Position numbers and translations under genes: made by a program. Below, one piece after another: positions 55,197-64,000 of a DNA stretch of 64,000 nt (position 1 is its first letter; each line of letters begins with the position of its first letter). Under the pieces are notes generated by a model that was given only the letters and a program-made list of their open reading frames with translations, did no database searches and had not been told where the DNA came from. Origin of the DNA: Vicinamibacterales bacterium (GTDB lineage: Bacteria; Acidobacteriota; Vicinamibacteria; Vicinamibacterales; 2-12-FULL-66-21); contig DATAEK010000051.1 in assembly GCA_036258055.1 (NCBI GenBank), positions 1,532-65,531 on the forward strand, read 5' to 3'.

Positions 55197-57347
55197 ATGG
55201 CCAGCCCACGACCCCCGGTCGAACCCACACCGGGCCGCCGCCGGCAGCCGGCGAGCCTGCCGCTGCCGCCAGGGGTCGATAGCCGGACCTCGGTGCGCGA
55301 CCTGCTCCTCCGATCCTGGGCCGGCCGGCTGTTCATCATCGCCACGCTGCTGAAGTTGATCGTCGCCGCGCTGCGGAGCCTGGGCGAGCTCCCCGCGTTC
55401 GTGCAGATCCTGAGCAGCGCAGCGACGATCGGCCTGGCGATCTCGATCGTCTACTTCGTGGGCCGGCTCGTCGCCCTCGTCAACCTGCGGCTGCTCTGGC
55501 GCGTACGCCGAAAACTGATCCTCTCGTACATCTTCATCGGCGTGGTCCCGGCGCTCCTGCTCGTGTTCTTTTTCGTTCTCGGCGCCTGGGTCCTGTCGCT
55601 GAATCTCAGCGCGTATCTCTTCAAAGACGGCTACGAAGACGTGGTGAAGAACGCCGCACTTCTGGCGGACGCTGCGGCCGCGGAGATCGCACGCAAGCCC
55701 GAAACCGCGCGCGAGACGATCGAGCGCGTGCAGCGGAACGGCTCGCGCAGCCTGCGCTATCCGAACCTCTCGATCGTGTTCGTGCCGGTGGGGAAGTCCG
55801 ATATCGGGATCGTGAGCGCGGGCCCATGGGATCACATCGAACAGCCCGTCGCAGCGCCAGAGTGGGTACAGAAGGTCTCCGCTTTCGCCGGGACGCTGGC
55901 GCTCGTGCCACCGGAACGTGGAGGTGACGCCGAGCTCATCGTGCGCGCTGCCAAACCAGTGGAATCCGGCGCCAGACGCATCGGCTACGTCATCGCCGAT
56001 ATCCCGATCGACAGCGAGGTCCTCGATCGTCTCTACGACGTGACGAGCATCAGAGCGGGCAGCGTGCGGATCAGCACCGATGAGGCCAGCGCCCTGATGC
56101 CGCCGGGCAGTGTGGCATCCACCACTGCGTCGGGAGGCAGCCAATCGCTGTTCCGTCAGAGCGTGACGTTCCTCGACGTGACCGATTGGCCGACGGGGAC
56201 CCTGAGACGTGCCACCGTATCGATGACGTTCAAGCCGGGCGATTTGTACGGACGGCTGGCGCGCGCACAGAATACTCAGCTCGGCCCCGTCACGATGGCT
56301 CAGGGCATCTTTCTGGCGCTGATGGCCGTGGCGGTCCTGTTCCTGGTCATCGAAATCATCGCGTTGATCATGGGGCTGGCGCTCGCGCGATCGATCACGA
56401 GCTCGATCCATCAGCTCTTCATGGGCACCGAACGCGTGCGGCAAGGGGACTTCACGCACCGGATCGACATCCGCACGAAGGATCAGCTCGGAGAGCTGGC
56501 CGACTCGTTCAACCAGATGACCGGCAGCATCGAGAACCTCCTCCAGACCGCGGCCGAGAAGAAGCGGCTCGAGGAGGAGCTGCGGATCGCACGTCAGATC
56601 CAGATGTCGCTGCTGCCACGTGGGCCGCTCGATGTGCCGGGCCTCGCCGTCACCGCGCTCTGCGTGCCGGCCCGAGAAGTCGGTGGGGACTACTACGACT
56701 TCTTTCCGCTCGCGGACGCGCGGCTGGGCGTGTTGATCGCCGACGTCGCGGGCAAAGGCACGTCCGCCGCGCTCTACATGGCGGAGCTGAAGGGCCTGGT
56801 CCTCTCTCTCAGCCAGATCTATCAATCTCCGCGGCAGCTGCTGATCGAGGTCAACCGGATCCTGTCGGAGAACCTCGACAGCCGCAGCTTCATCACGATG
56901 ACCTACGCCGTGTTGGACCTGGCGGGCGGGACGATGACGTACGCCCGTGCCGGCCATACGCCGCTCATCTTCGTGCCAAGTCCCGCGACGTCTACGGTTG
57001 CGCAAGTGCTGACCCCGAGCGGCATGGTCCTCGGTTTGCGCATCGACGGAGCCGCCGAGAAATTCGCCGAGCTGCTGGAAGAGCAACGGGTGACACTCCA
57101 CGCCGGCGCGATCATCGTGCTCTACACCGACGGCATCACCGAAGCCATGAACGCCGAGAGCGATCTCTTCGGCGAGTCGCGCCTGAGCCGCATCGTCGAA
57201 GAGCACGGTCACCTGGATTCGGGCGAGCTCCGCGAGCGGATCCTCCGCGAGATCGAGGCCTTCGTGGGCAACGCCGATCAACACGACGATATGACGATGA
57301 TCCTGATGAAGGTCGATCGCGCGGTGGCCGAGAAGGTGGCGGTGTGA
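55197..57347 (+). CDS. Membrane-bound HAMP-domain PP2C/SpoIIE-family protein phosphatase
   Basis: ORF 55197..57347. It has N-terminal TM helices, a HAMP domain (..DQLGELADSFNQMTGSI) and a PP2C domain (ARQIQMSLLP, GGDYYDFF, VLIADVAGKGTSAA, ARAGHTP, VLYTDG). Confidence 0.85.
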   Translation: MASPRPPVEPTPGRRRQPASLPLPPGVDSRTSVRDLLLRSWAGRLFIIATLLKLIVAALRSLGELPAFVQILSSAATIGLAISIVYFVGRLVALVNLRLLWRVRRKLILSYIFIGVVPALLLVFFFVLGAWVLSLNLSAYLFKDGYEDVVKNAALLADAAAAEIARKPETARETIERVQRNGSRSLRYPNLSIVFVPVGKSDIGIVSAGPWDHIEQPVAAPEWVQKVSAFAGTLALVPPERGGDAELIVRAAKPVESGARRIGYVIADIPIDSEVLDRLYDVTSIRAGSVRISTDEASALMPPGSVASTTASGGSQSLFRQSVTFLDVTDWPTGTLRRATVSMTFKPGDLYGRLARAQNTQLGPVTMAQGIFLALMAVAVLFLVIEIIALIMGLALARSITSSIHQLFMGTERVRQGDFTHRIDIRTKDQLGELADSFNQMTGSIENLLQTAAEKKRLEEELRIARQIQMSLLPRGPLDVPGLAVTALCVPAREVGGDYYDFFPLADARLGVLIADVAGKGTSAALYMAELKGLVLSLSQIYQSPRQLLIEVNRILSENLDSRSFITMTYAVLDLAGGTMTYARAGHTPLIFVPSPATSTVAQVLTPSGMVLGLRIDGAAEKFAELLEEQRVTLHAGAIIVLYTDGITEAMNAESDLFGESRLSRIVEEHGHLDSGELRERILREIEAFVGNADQHDDMTMILMKVDRAVAEKVAV

Positions 57348-59020
57348 CCGACGGCCGTGCGGATCTCGTCGTCCTGAACGCGAAGGTGCACACCGTCGAT
57401 CCGGACCGACCTGCGGCGCAGGCTGTTGCGGTGCACGCCGGGCGGATCACGCGGGTTGGAACAGACGCCGAGGTCCGCCGGTTAGCGGGCGCCTCGACTC
57501 GTGTGATCGATGCGGGCGGCCGGCTGGTGTTGCCCGGATTCAACGACGCCCACGTTCATCTCCTGTGGGGCGCTGAGGAGCTCGTCGGCGTCGATCTGCG
57601 ACCCGCGAAGAACGCACGGGAGCTGGCGGCGCGGCTGGCTGCGTACGCCGCGCGAGTTCCAAGAGACAGTTGGATCCTCGGCGGGTACTGGGACCACGAA
57701 GCCTGGCCAGGCCGTGTTCTGCCGGCGCACGATGCGATCGATGCGGCCACCCCGGATCATCCGGTGTTCGTGAAACGGCTCGACGGTCATATGGGCCTGG
57801 CGAACACGCTCGCCATGCGACGCGCCGGGATCACACGCGACACGAAGTCACCCGACGGAGGCTCGATCGTCCGTGATGCGGACGGCAATCCGACCGGGAT
57901 CTTCAAAGACAACGCGATGGATCTCATCACCCGCGCCGTGCCCGAGCCGACGCTGGCTGAAACGATCGACAAGACACGCGCCGCCTTGAAGCATGCCGCG
58001 TCGCTGGGCGTGACGACGCTGCAGGACATGACCGCCAGCGGCATCGAGCTGCGCGCGTACCAGACGCTCCGGGCGTCAGGCGAGCTGACCGCGCGGATCT
58101 ACTCCATTCAGAATCACGGTATCGCCGGCGTGCGCGACGCCGGCGTGATGACCGGATTCGGCGACGAGTGGCTCCGAATCGGCGGGATCAAGATCTTCTC
58201 CGACGGATCGATGGGATCTGCGACGGCCGCGCTTTTCGACCCGTATTCGGATCAGCCCGAGACGAGCGGCCTCCTGATCCATACGCCGGCGGACCTCGAA
58301 CGGGCGATCTTCGACGCCGACGCCGCGGGCTTCCAGGTGATCGTCCATGCCATCGGTGACCGCGCCAACGCGCTTGTCCTCGACGCGTTCGAGCGGCTGG
58401 TGGCGGCACGCGGGGTCAGGGACCGGCGCGCCCGCATCGAACACGCGCAGATCGTGCGCAAGAGCGACCGCAAGCGATTCCGGGAGCTCGGCGTCATCGC
58501 GTCGATTCAGCCGAGCCACGCCATCGACGACATGCGATGGGCGGAAGCGCGCATCGGCCGGACCCGCTGTGAAGTGGCCTACAACGTCGGGGCGTTCGTG
58601 ACAGCCGGCGCTCGGATGGCCTTCGGTACTGACTGGTTCGTCGAGCCGCTCGACCCGATGCTCGGGCTCTATGCTGCCGTGACGAGGCAGGCAACGGATG
58701 GCACACCCTCAGGCGGGTGGTTCCCCGACGAGCGGATTACGATCGAACAGGCGATCGAGTACTACACCATGGGATCGGCGTACGCCGAATTCGCCGAGAG
58801 CTGGAAGGGCAGCATCACCGAAGGCAAGGCCGCCGACCTGGTCGTGCTGTCGCGCGACATCCTGACCGCGTCACCGCGGGAGATTCTCGATACCAACGCG
58901 GTCTACACGATCGTCGGCGGCCGCGTCGTGTACGAGAGAGATGCGCAATCGGCGAGCGCCGGCGCCCTTCGCGCCACCGATGCACAGGCTCACGACGAGA
59001 TGCGTGTTCCTGCCCGATGA
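57344..59020 (+). CDS. Amidohydrolase-family metal-dependent hydrolase (YtcJ-like)
   Basis: This is the last 558 aa of ORF 56186..59020. GTG 57344 overlaps the phosphatase stop (GTGA). Motifs are GRLVLPGFNDAHVHLL, VHAIGD and GTDW. Confidence 0.85.
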   Translation: MTDGRADLVVLNAKVHTVDPDRPAAQAVAVHAGRITRVGTDAEVRRLAGASTRVIDAGGRLVLPGFNDAHVHLLWGAEELVGVDLRPAKNARELAARLAAYAARVPRDSWILGGYWDHEAWPGRVLPAHDAIDAATPDHPVFVKRLDGHMGLANTLAMRRAGITRDTKSPDGGSIVRDADGNPTGIFKDNAMDLITRAVPEPTLAETIDKTRAALKHAASLGVTTLQDMTASGIELRAYQTLRASGELTARIYSIQNHGIAGVRDAGVMTGFGDEWLRIGGIKIFSDGSMGSATAALFDPYSDQPETSGLLIHTPADLERAIFDADAAGFQVIVHAIGDRANALVLDAFERLVAARGVRDRRARIEHAQIVRKSDRKRFRELGVIASIQPSHAIDDMRWAEARIGRTRCEVAYNVGAFVTAGARMAFGTDWFVEPLDPMLGLYAAVTRQATDGTPSGGWFPDERITIEQAIEYYTMGSAYAEFAESWKGSITEGKAADLVVLSRDILTASPREILDTNAVYTIVGGRVVYERDAQSASAGALRATDAQAHDEMRVPAR

Positions 59021-59961
59021 CTGATCTCGTCGTCATCTTCCGGACGCAATCCCACATCGAGGCGGACGTCGTCCGCGGGCTGCTCGAGACGCACGGCATC
59101 CCCGCCATCGTCACCTCCGACAACGCGCGCACGACCTTTCCGTTCACGCTGAACGAGCTGCGGGTCGCGGTCAGCCCGTCGCTCGCCGAGCAGGCCTCGC
59201 GAATCATCGAGAGTCATCGCGACGAGGTCAGCCACGGCCGCGTCGTGCCGTTCGGGTCGGAGCTCGAACCGCTCGAACGGCGCATCGGATACCGGTTCCG
59301 GGACCGGGGGCTGCTCGAGCACGCGCTCACGCATCGATCGCGCGTCCACGAGGATGCCAGTGGCGGCGTCATCGACAACGAGTCGCTCGAATTCCTCGGC
59401 GACTCCGTTCTCGGCTTCGTGATCGCCGACATGCTCTTCCGGCAGTTTCCGCAGCACAACGAAGGGCAGAAGTCCAAGGTCAAGGCGTCACTCGTATCGG
59501 CCGCATCGCTCGCGAAGCTGGGCACGAAGCTGGGGCTCGGCGAATTCCTGATTCTCGGCCGGGGCGAGGAGAAAACCGGAGGGCGGCGCAAGGATGCCCT
59601 CATCGCCGATGGCTACGAGGCGCTCATCGCGGCGATTTACCTCGACGGCGGGGTCGAGCCGGTGCGCGGCTTCATCGAACGTCAGTTCGAGGAATTGATC
59701 CTCGAAGCGCAGCGAACTGGCGCGGCCGCAGCGTTCACCGAGGATTACAAGTCCGCGCTGCAGGAGTGGCTGCAGTCGCACGACCGCGGGCTGCCCTCGT
59801 ATCGCCTGGTTTCGGAGACCGGTCCGGCGCATCGGCGCCGGTTCGAGGTCGAGGTACTGGTGTCCGGGGAATCGCTCGCGAGAGCGGAAGGCCGAAGCAA
59901 AAAGGAAGCGGCGCAGGCCGCCGCAAAGGCAGCGCTGAGCTCTCTCACGACGGCGGAGTGA
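59017..59961 (+). CDS. rnc: Ribonuclease III with N-terminal DUF2007-like extension
   Basis: This is the last 314 aa of ORF 58717..59961. ATG 59017 overlaps the amidohydrolase stop (ATGA). The RNase III signature is NESLEFLGDSVLG, with ADGYEALIAAIYLDGG and a C-terminal dsRBD (..GPAHRRRFEVEV..GRSKKEAAQAAA). The first 70 aa or so (MTDLVVIFRTQSHIEADVVRGLLETHGIPAIV..LRVAVSPSLAEQASRIIES) fit the DUF2007 pattern. Confidence 0.9.
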   Translation: MTDLVVIFRTQSHIEADVVRGLLETHGIPAIVTSDNARTTFPFTLNELRVAVSPSLAEQASRIIESHRDEVSHGRVVPFGSELEPLERRIGYRFRDRGLLEHALTHRSRVHEDASGGVIDNESLEFLGDSVLGFVIADMLFRQFPQHNEGQKSKVKASLVSAASLAKLGTKLGLGEFLILGRGEEKTGGRRKDALIADGYEALIAAIYLDGGVEPVRGFIERQFEELILEAQRTGAAAAFTEDYKSALQEWLQSHDRGLPSYRLVSETGPAHRRRFEVEVLVSGESLARAEGRSKKEAAQAAAKAALSSLTTAE

Positions 59962-59964
59962 GGC

Positions 59965-61743
59965 TCAGCGCGCGGGTGGCGGCGCGACGAGACGGCTGGC
60001 GTTTCGCCGGAGGCACTCGGTGTTGTCAGGCGTTTCCGGCGCCAGCACTTCAATCTCCCGGCACCAGCGGAGCGCTTCGGCCGGCCGGTCGGTGCGCTCG
60101 TTCAGGAGCGCGAGCGACTGGCGCGCCGTGATGCTCGGAGGATCGAGCAACAGCGCTTCGCTGAACTGTTCTTCTGCTTCCCGCCAGCGCCCGGCAATCA
60201 TGGCCAGCGTTCCGAGGCCGGTCGGTCCTGCGGGCGAGCGCGGGTCGAGCCGTCTGAGCGCCGTGAACTCGTCGCGGGCTTCTTCGATCCGGTTCATCTC
60301 CAGCAGGCACAGGCCCAGCTTCAGGTGCGCATCAGCATGGTCGCTGCGCAGATGCACCGCCGAACGAAATGCCATGATGGCGCGCTCGTGGTCGCCTCTT
60401 CGATGGAACGCTTCGCCGAGCATCAGATGCGGCAACCAGATGTCCGGGGCCTTCTGCACCGCGTCGAGCCAGAGGATGGTGTCGTCAGCCCAGACCGCGT
60501 TGCGCACGATCGTCGACCCGGCCAGCGTCACGATGGCGATGCCCACCGTGACCGGCCGCAGGATCCGCAGGCGTGTGGAGTGCAGCGGCTGACCCACGGC
60601 CCACGCGACGCCGATGCCCACCGCGATGAAGAGGCCGCAGCACGGCAGATACGCACGATGCTCGGCGAGAGGATGGCCCAGGTCAAGCACCGCGAGGACG
60701 GCCGGCGGAACGAGCGCGGCAAGAAACCACCAGATGCCGAGGCCAATGGCGCCGTTCACACGCCGCATTCGATGAGCGAGAAGGATCAGCGCCATGGGCA
60801 CGCCAACGGCGAGGAGTGCGGAAAACGAGAGCAGACTCGGAATGGCGTTGACCGGGTGCAGGATCGACTGCGCCGCCGGACGGATCAGGAGCGTCAGATA
60901 GAGACGAACGACATCCAGTTCGACGAGCACGAGCGACCAGTGCACCGCGATCGGGCGAGGATTCTCTATGATCAGCAGGACGGCCAGGCGCGTCGCGGCG
61001 GCAACCAGCGTGACCGCCAGGAGCGCCGCGGTCAGCCGGCGCAGCCGCTCGGATACAGGCGAGGATGATGCGTTGGCTGCGAAGGATCGGTAGCCGAGCA
61101 AGAGTACCGGAAACACGACGGCGATTTCCTTCGTGCCGAGCGCGAGCAGCCAGGACGCCGCGGTAATGGCAAGACTGCGCATCGGTCCGCCGTGGACCCA
61201 GCGTCGAGCCGACAGGCACGCGGCGAGGAGGAACGTGGTGCAGAGGACATCGGCGCGCGCGCTGATATAGCCCACGGCCTCGGTCATGATCGGGTGCACG
61301 GCGAAGAGCGTCGCCGCGCAGGCCGCCGCGCTGTCCGGATCGATCGGCACCGACGGGCGACTGCTGCCCGACTGGCCATCAGCCACCAGGCGGCGCGCGA
61401 GCAGGAAGAGCAGCACGACGTTGAGCACGTGCAGGAGGATGCTCGTCAGATGAAACCCGAACGTGCCGGTGCCCCAGATCGCGCGGTCGACGGCGTACGA
61501 GAAGTTCACAATCGGCCGGGAAGCTTCGTGAAGAGCGATGGCTCGTAAATGCGTGAGACTCTCGAGCGATCGGTTGTTCGCCACGACCCGGAAGTCGTCC
61601 CAGACGAACGGATTGTGAAGGGCATTGACGTAGACGAGCCCGGCCATGATTGCGGGCACTGCACAGAGCAGGACGATCTGCCGGCGACGCCGAGGTGATG
61701 TGTCCGGCAAGGAGTCGAGTGAGGGACAGGACGGCGTCGTCAC
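59965..61743 (-). CDS. TMTC-like GT-C-fold membrane protein (DUF1736-type) with C-terminal TPR repeats
   Basis: ORF 59965..61977. The first TM (IVLLCAVPAIMAGLVYV) requires a start upstream of it, and GTG 61743 is a candidate. It has the NALHNPFVWDD motif, many TM helices, then TPR repeats. Confidence 0.7.
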   Translation of the reverse strand: MTTPSCPSLDSLPDTSPRRRRQIVLLCAVPAIMAGLVYVNALHNPFVWDDFRVVANNRSLESLTHLRAIALHEASRPIVNFSYAVDRAIWGTGTFGFHLTSILLHVLNVVLLFLLARRLVADGQSGSSRPSVPIDPDSAAACAATLFAVHPIMTEAVGYISARADVLCTTFLLAACLSARRWVHGGPMRSLAITAASWLLALGTKEIAVVFPVLLLGYRSFAANASSSPVSERLRRLTAALLAVTLVAAATRLAVLLIIENPRPIAVHWSLVLVELDVVRLYLTLLIRPAAQSILHPVNAIPSLLSFSALLAVGVPMALILLAHRMRRVNGAIGLGIWWFLAALVPPAVLAVLDLGHPLAEHRAYLPCCGLFIAVGIGVAWAVGQPLHSTRLRILRPVTVGIAIVTLAGSTIVRNAVWADDTILWLDAVQKAPDIWLPHLMLGEAFHRRGDHERAIMAFRSAVHLRSDHADAHLKLGLCLLEMNRIEEARDEFTALRRLDPRSPAGPTGLGTLAMIAGRWREAEEQFSEALLLDPPSITARQSLALLNERTDRPAEALRWCREIEVLAPETPDNTECLRRNASRLVAPPPAR

Positions 61744-61928
61744 GGATGTGAAGAACAAATCTGGGCTTGAAATGTCAGATCTGAAACCGGGAACCTCGCT
61801 GCGGGGAGATTGAGCGGTTCTCTGCAAGAGTTGGTGCCGCGTCGCGCGTTCGGCCGCTGGCGGTCGGCTGCCTGCCGGCCCCGTCCTTGCAGCGCATTGC
61901 CCACCCGCGCGACGATACCCACAGCTCG

Positions 61929-62735
61929 ATGTCTGAGACGACCGCCGATTCGAGAGCGGCCACACTGCCGATTGCACCGCTCCTTCCCTCGTGGCGATGG
62001 CTCGCCGCGGCGGGCGCCGTGTTCGTGGCGGACCTCTTTCTGCACTTGCCGATCACCGACGCGTGCGATGCGCTCGTCCGGCGATTTGGTTTCGACACGT
62101 GGGATCTCGTCGTCCGGCGCGGCTTCCTCGGCCTCGGTGTGGCGATGGTCGCCGCAGTCGCGCTGTGGTCATCGTCGCAGAAGCGACTGATGCTTACGTC
62201 TGCCGCCCTGCTCGTGGCGGTCGCGCTGGTCTTTCAGCGCTTTCTGCTGGTGAGCGGCATCGAGAACATTCACTACCCGCAGTACGCGCTGATGGTCTCG
62301 CTCTTGATGCGGGGAGGGGTTCGGGCTGAAGGGGCATACCTGATCTCGACCGGGTTGGGCGCCGTGGACGAAGCGTATCAGCTCGCCACCATGCCGCGCG
62401 GCACGCCGGGTTACTTCGATTGGAACGACGTCGCGCTCAACGCGCTGGGCGCCGCGTTCGGCGTGGTACTGATGCTGGCAATCCGAAAGGCGGAAGAGGG
62501 GCAGGTCACCTATCGACGCCGCACCTCGATTGTGGTCGGCGCCGCGGTCCTTATCTCGCTCGCACTCTGGCCGCCGACGTGGACGCCATTTTTCAGCGTC
62601 ACACCTGGCGGCCGTGTGTTCCACAAGCTGTCGGGTTCCGAGGCCGTGATCGTCGCGAGCGCGCTGTGGGCTGCGGCCGGTTACCTCACATCACGCACGA
62701 TCTGCCAGCAGGCCCTGGTCAATCGATCTCGATAA
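61929..62735 (+). CDS. VanZ-like membrane protein
   Basis: ORF 61887..62735 with ATG at 61929. The VanZ-type pattern is DEAYQ....R......DWNDVALNALGAAFG. The protein is multi-TM. Confidence 0.55.
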   Translation: MSETTADSRAATLPIAPLLPSWRWLAAAGAVFVADLFLHLPITDACDALVRRFGFDTWDLVVRRGFLGLGVAMVAAVALWSSSQKRLMLTSAALLVAVALVFQRFLLVSGIENIHYPQYALMVSLLMRGGVRAEGAYLISTGLGAVDEAYQLATMPRGTPGYFDWNDVALNALGAAFGVVLMLAIRKAEEGQVTYRRRTSIVVGAAVLISLALWPPTWTPFFSVTPGGRVFHKLSGSEAVIVASALWAAAGYLTSRTICQQALVNRSR

Positions 62736-63906
62736 TCCCCCAGCTCTTGTCACGCTCGCCGTCGACGGCGGCTTGACCGGCGAGCGCGAGGGCGGGTTCC
62801 GTCTGCGGCAGCCGCGCCGTCACGTAGGCGTGGACCTCCTGGGCGAGATCCTCGTCGCTCGGCGGCACCGGCCGGCAGTGGAGCCTCACCCAGAGCCGCA
62901 TGAGCGGATCGGTAAAGCTGTAGCGCTTCTGCCTCGAGACGATCAGGTCCACGTCTTCGAGCCAGGAGAGGTAGTCCTTGGTCGAGCCGGGTGTTCGCCG
63001 CAGCCGGAGCGCGATCTCGGTCAGCGTGAGCGGTTCCTCTTCCGAGAGGACGTCGAGGATCGCCTTGAGCGCACCGTAACCACGCGCACGGTGCAGACGC
63101 AGTTCGTAGGAGAAGCGGCAGGTGGCTGTGAGCTGGCCGTCCGGCGCCAGCAGCGCCGACAGCGCGCTGACCGGATCCGCGCCGCGCGGGGCGAGCGCCG
63201 TCGCTGTCTCCGCGATGAGCCGGGCGTACGCGGGACGCCCATCGGAGAGTGCGTGGACCAGCCGCGCCAGATCATCGCGGGCGCGCTCGTCTTCAGCCTC
63301 GCGGAACGCGTCAGGTCCAGTCGTGTCGAGCGCAGTCGGCATAGTTGCGCGAATCTCCGCGCGCGCGAGCGGCGTGACGTGCACGATCTCGAACTGTGCC
63401 GGCGCGTCGCGGAGCAACCGCAGCGCACGGGCGGTGTAGCGGGTCGTGAGCACGAACCGGTTGCCGCTCGACGCGAGCGCGGCGATGAGGTCGCGCAACA
63501 CCGTCCGGAGACCCGGGAAGCTTTCGAAAGTGCGGAACTCGAGGAACTCGTCGAGCAGGAACGTCGCGGGACCGTCGCCCGGACGAGCCGTGTCGAGGAA
63601 TGCGAGTGTCGCATCGAAGGCTTCTCGGGCGCCGGCATCGGTCACGCCCGCTCGGCCGTCGGCCGGAGGCGGGAATGGCGAGTACTCTCGCAGCGTCCGG
63701 AGAAAGCGTTCGGGTGTCGTCGCGACGCGTTCGACGTCGACGTACTGCGCGGATGTGCGTCCGATGAGATCGCGCAGCCGCAGAAGCAGGGACGTGCGGC
63801 CGGTGCCGCAGCCCCCGAGCACGACGGGAATGCGCGGGATGCCCGCGGAACCGTCGAGCGCAGTGAGCACACGCCGTTCGAGCGATGGACGCTCCGGGAT
63901 GATCAT
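62719..63906 (-). CDS. P-loop ATPase (archaeal-ATPase/ORC-like) with C-terminal winged-helix domain
   Basis: ORF 62719..63906. Walker A is LGGCGTGRTSLL and Walker B is FLLDEFLEF. The C-terminal wHTH-like region is PLTLTEIALRLRRTPGSTKDYLSWLEDVDLI. Confidence 0.7.
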   Translation of the reverse strand: MIIPERPSLERRVLTALDGSAGIPRIPVVLGGCGTGRTSLLLRLRDLIGRTSAQYVDVERVATTPERFLRTLREYSPFPPPADGRAGVTDAGAREAFDATLAFLDTARPGDGPATFLLDEFLEFRTFESFPGLRTVLRDLIAALASSGNRFVLTTRYTARALRLLRDAPAQFEIVHVTPLARAEIRATMPTALDTTGPDAFREAEDERARDDLARLVHALSDGRPAYARLIAETATALAPRGADPVSALSALLAPDGQLTATCRFSYELRLHRARGYGALKAILDVLSEEEPLTLTEIALRLRRTPGSTKDYLSWLEDVDLIVSRQKRYSFTDPLMRLWVRLHCRPVPPSDEDLAQEVHAYVTARLPQTEPALALAGQAAVDGERDKSWGIIEID

Positions 63907-64000
63907 CGTCCCGACCCTCCGTGCGCGGTCATGGGCATGTCCAGCCCGTGTCGCCGCGCAGCCTCGATCGCCTCAGGATATCCGGCATCGGCATGTCGTA
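63903..64000 (-). CDS. 3' end of an unidentified CDS entering from the right window edge
   Basis: The reverse-strand frame reads ..HADAGYPEAIEAARRHGLDMPMTAHGGSGR*. Its TGA overlaps the ATG of the ATPase (ATGA at 63903..63906). Confidence 0.35.
   Translation of the reverse strand, partial: RHADAGYPEAIEAARRHGLDMPMTAHGGSGR

Noticed and set aside
55188-57284. 698-aa ORF on the minus strand
   Set aside because: It is antisense to the HAMP-PP2C phosphatase gene. It has extreme Arg/His/Asp/Glu composition and no motifs, so it is a shadow ORF.
56186-57343. N-terminal 386 aa of the 944-aa ORF 56186..59020
   Set aside because: This part is an alternative frame of the phosphatase gene and is Arg/Gly/Pro-rich. 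Amidohydrolase motifs begin only after GTG 57344.
61775-62098. Short minus-strand ORFs (101-107 aa) between the TMTC-like and VanZ-like genes
   Set aside because: They overlap the intergenic region and the VanZ 5' end, are Arg-rich and carry no motifs. The upstream part of ORF 59965..61977 is likewise rejected in favour of a start just before the first TM helix.

Overview
High-GC bacterial chromosomal segment whose gene content looks like Acidobacteriota. It carries four ADOP-type (MacB/FtsX-like) duplicated orphan permeases, one of them PadR-linked, large Ser/Thr kinases with TPR tails, a wHTH-TolB regulator and many His-Asp/PP2C signalling genes. I support about 50 densely packed CDSs, many joined by 4-nt ATGA/GTGA overlaps. 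I saw no rRNA, tRNA, CRISPR array, transposase or integrase. Many long ORFs in the track are antisense or off-frame shadow ORFs typical of high-GC DNA, and I rejected them. The main points of interest are listed here. (1) At 7690..10316 a 58-aa ORF absent from the track is translationally coupled to an 817-aa Rad50-like ABC ATPase. That ATPase has a CPLC zinc hook and a C-terminal module reminiscent of the PrrC/RloC anticodon nucleases, and no nuclease or R-M partner lies nearby. About 6 kb away sits a Pnkp-Hen1 RNA-repair pair (1..1728). (2) A 140-aa chimera joins ECF-sigma region 2 to a ChrR-type cupin (43087..43509). (3) A 114-bp array of phased GTTCT octamers mirrored by AGAAC units forms an approximately 33-bp hairpin (53805..53918). 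(4) A perfect 19-bp tandem duplication truncates a small secreted ORF (16394..16431). (5) RNase III carries an N-terminal DUF2007-like domain within a PP2C-amidohydrolase-rnc operon. (6) A PadR gene has no canonical start codon. All functional calls rest on motif recognition by eye and recalled family knowledge; no searches were run.
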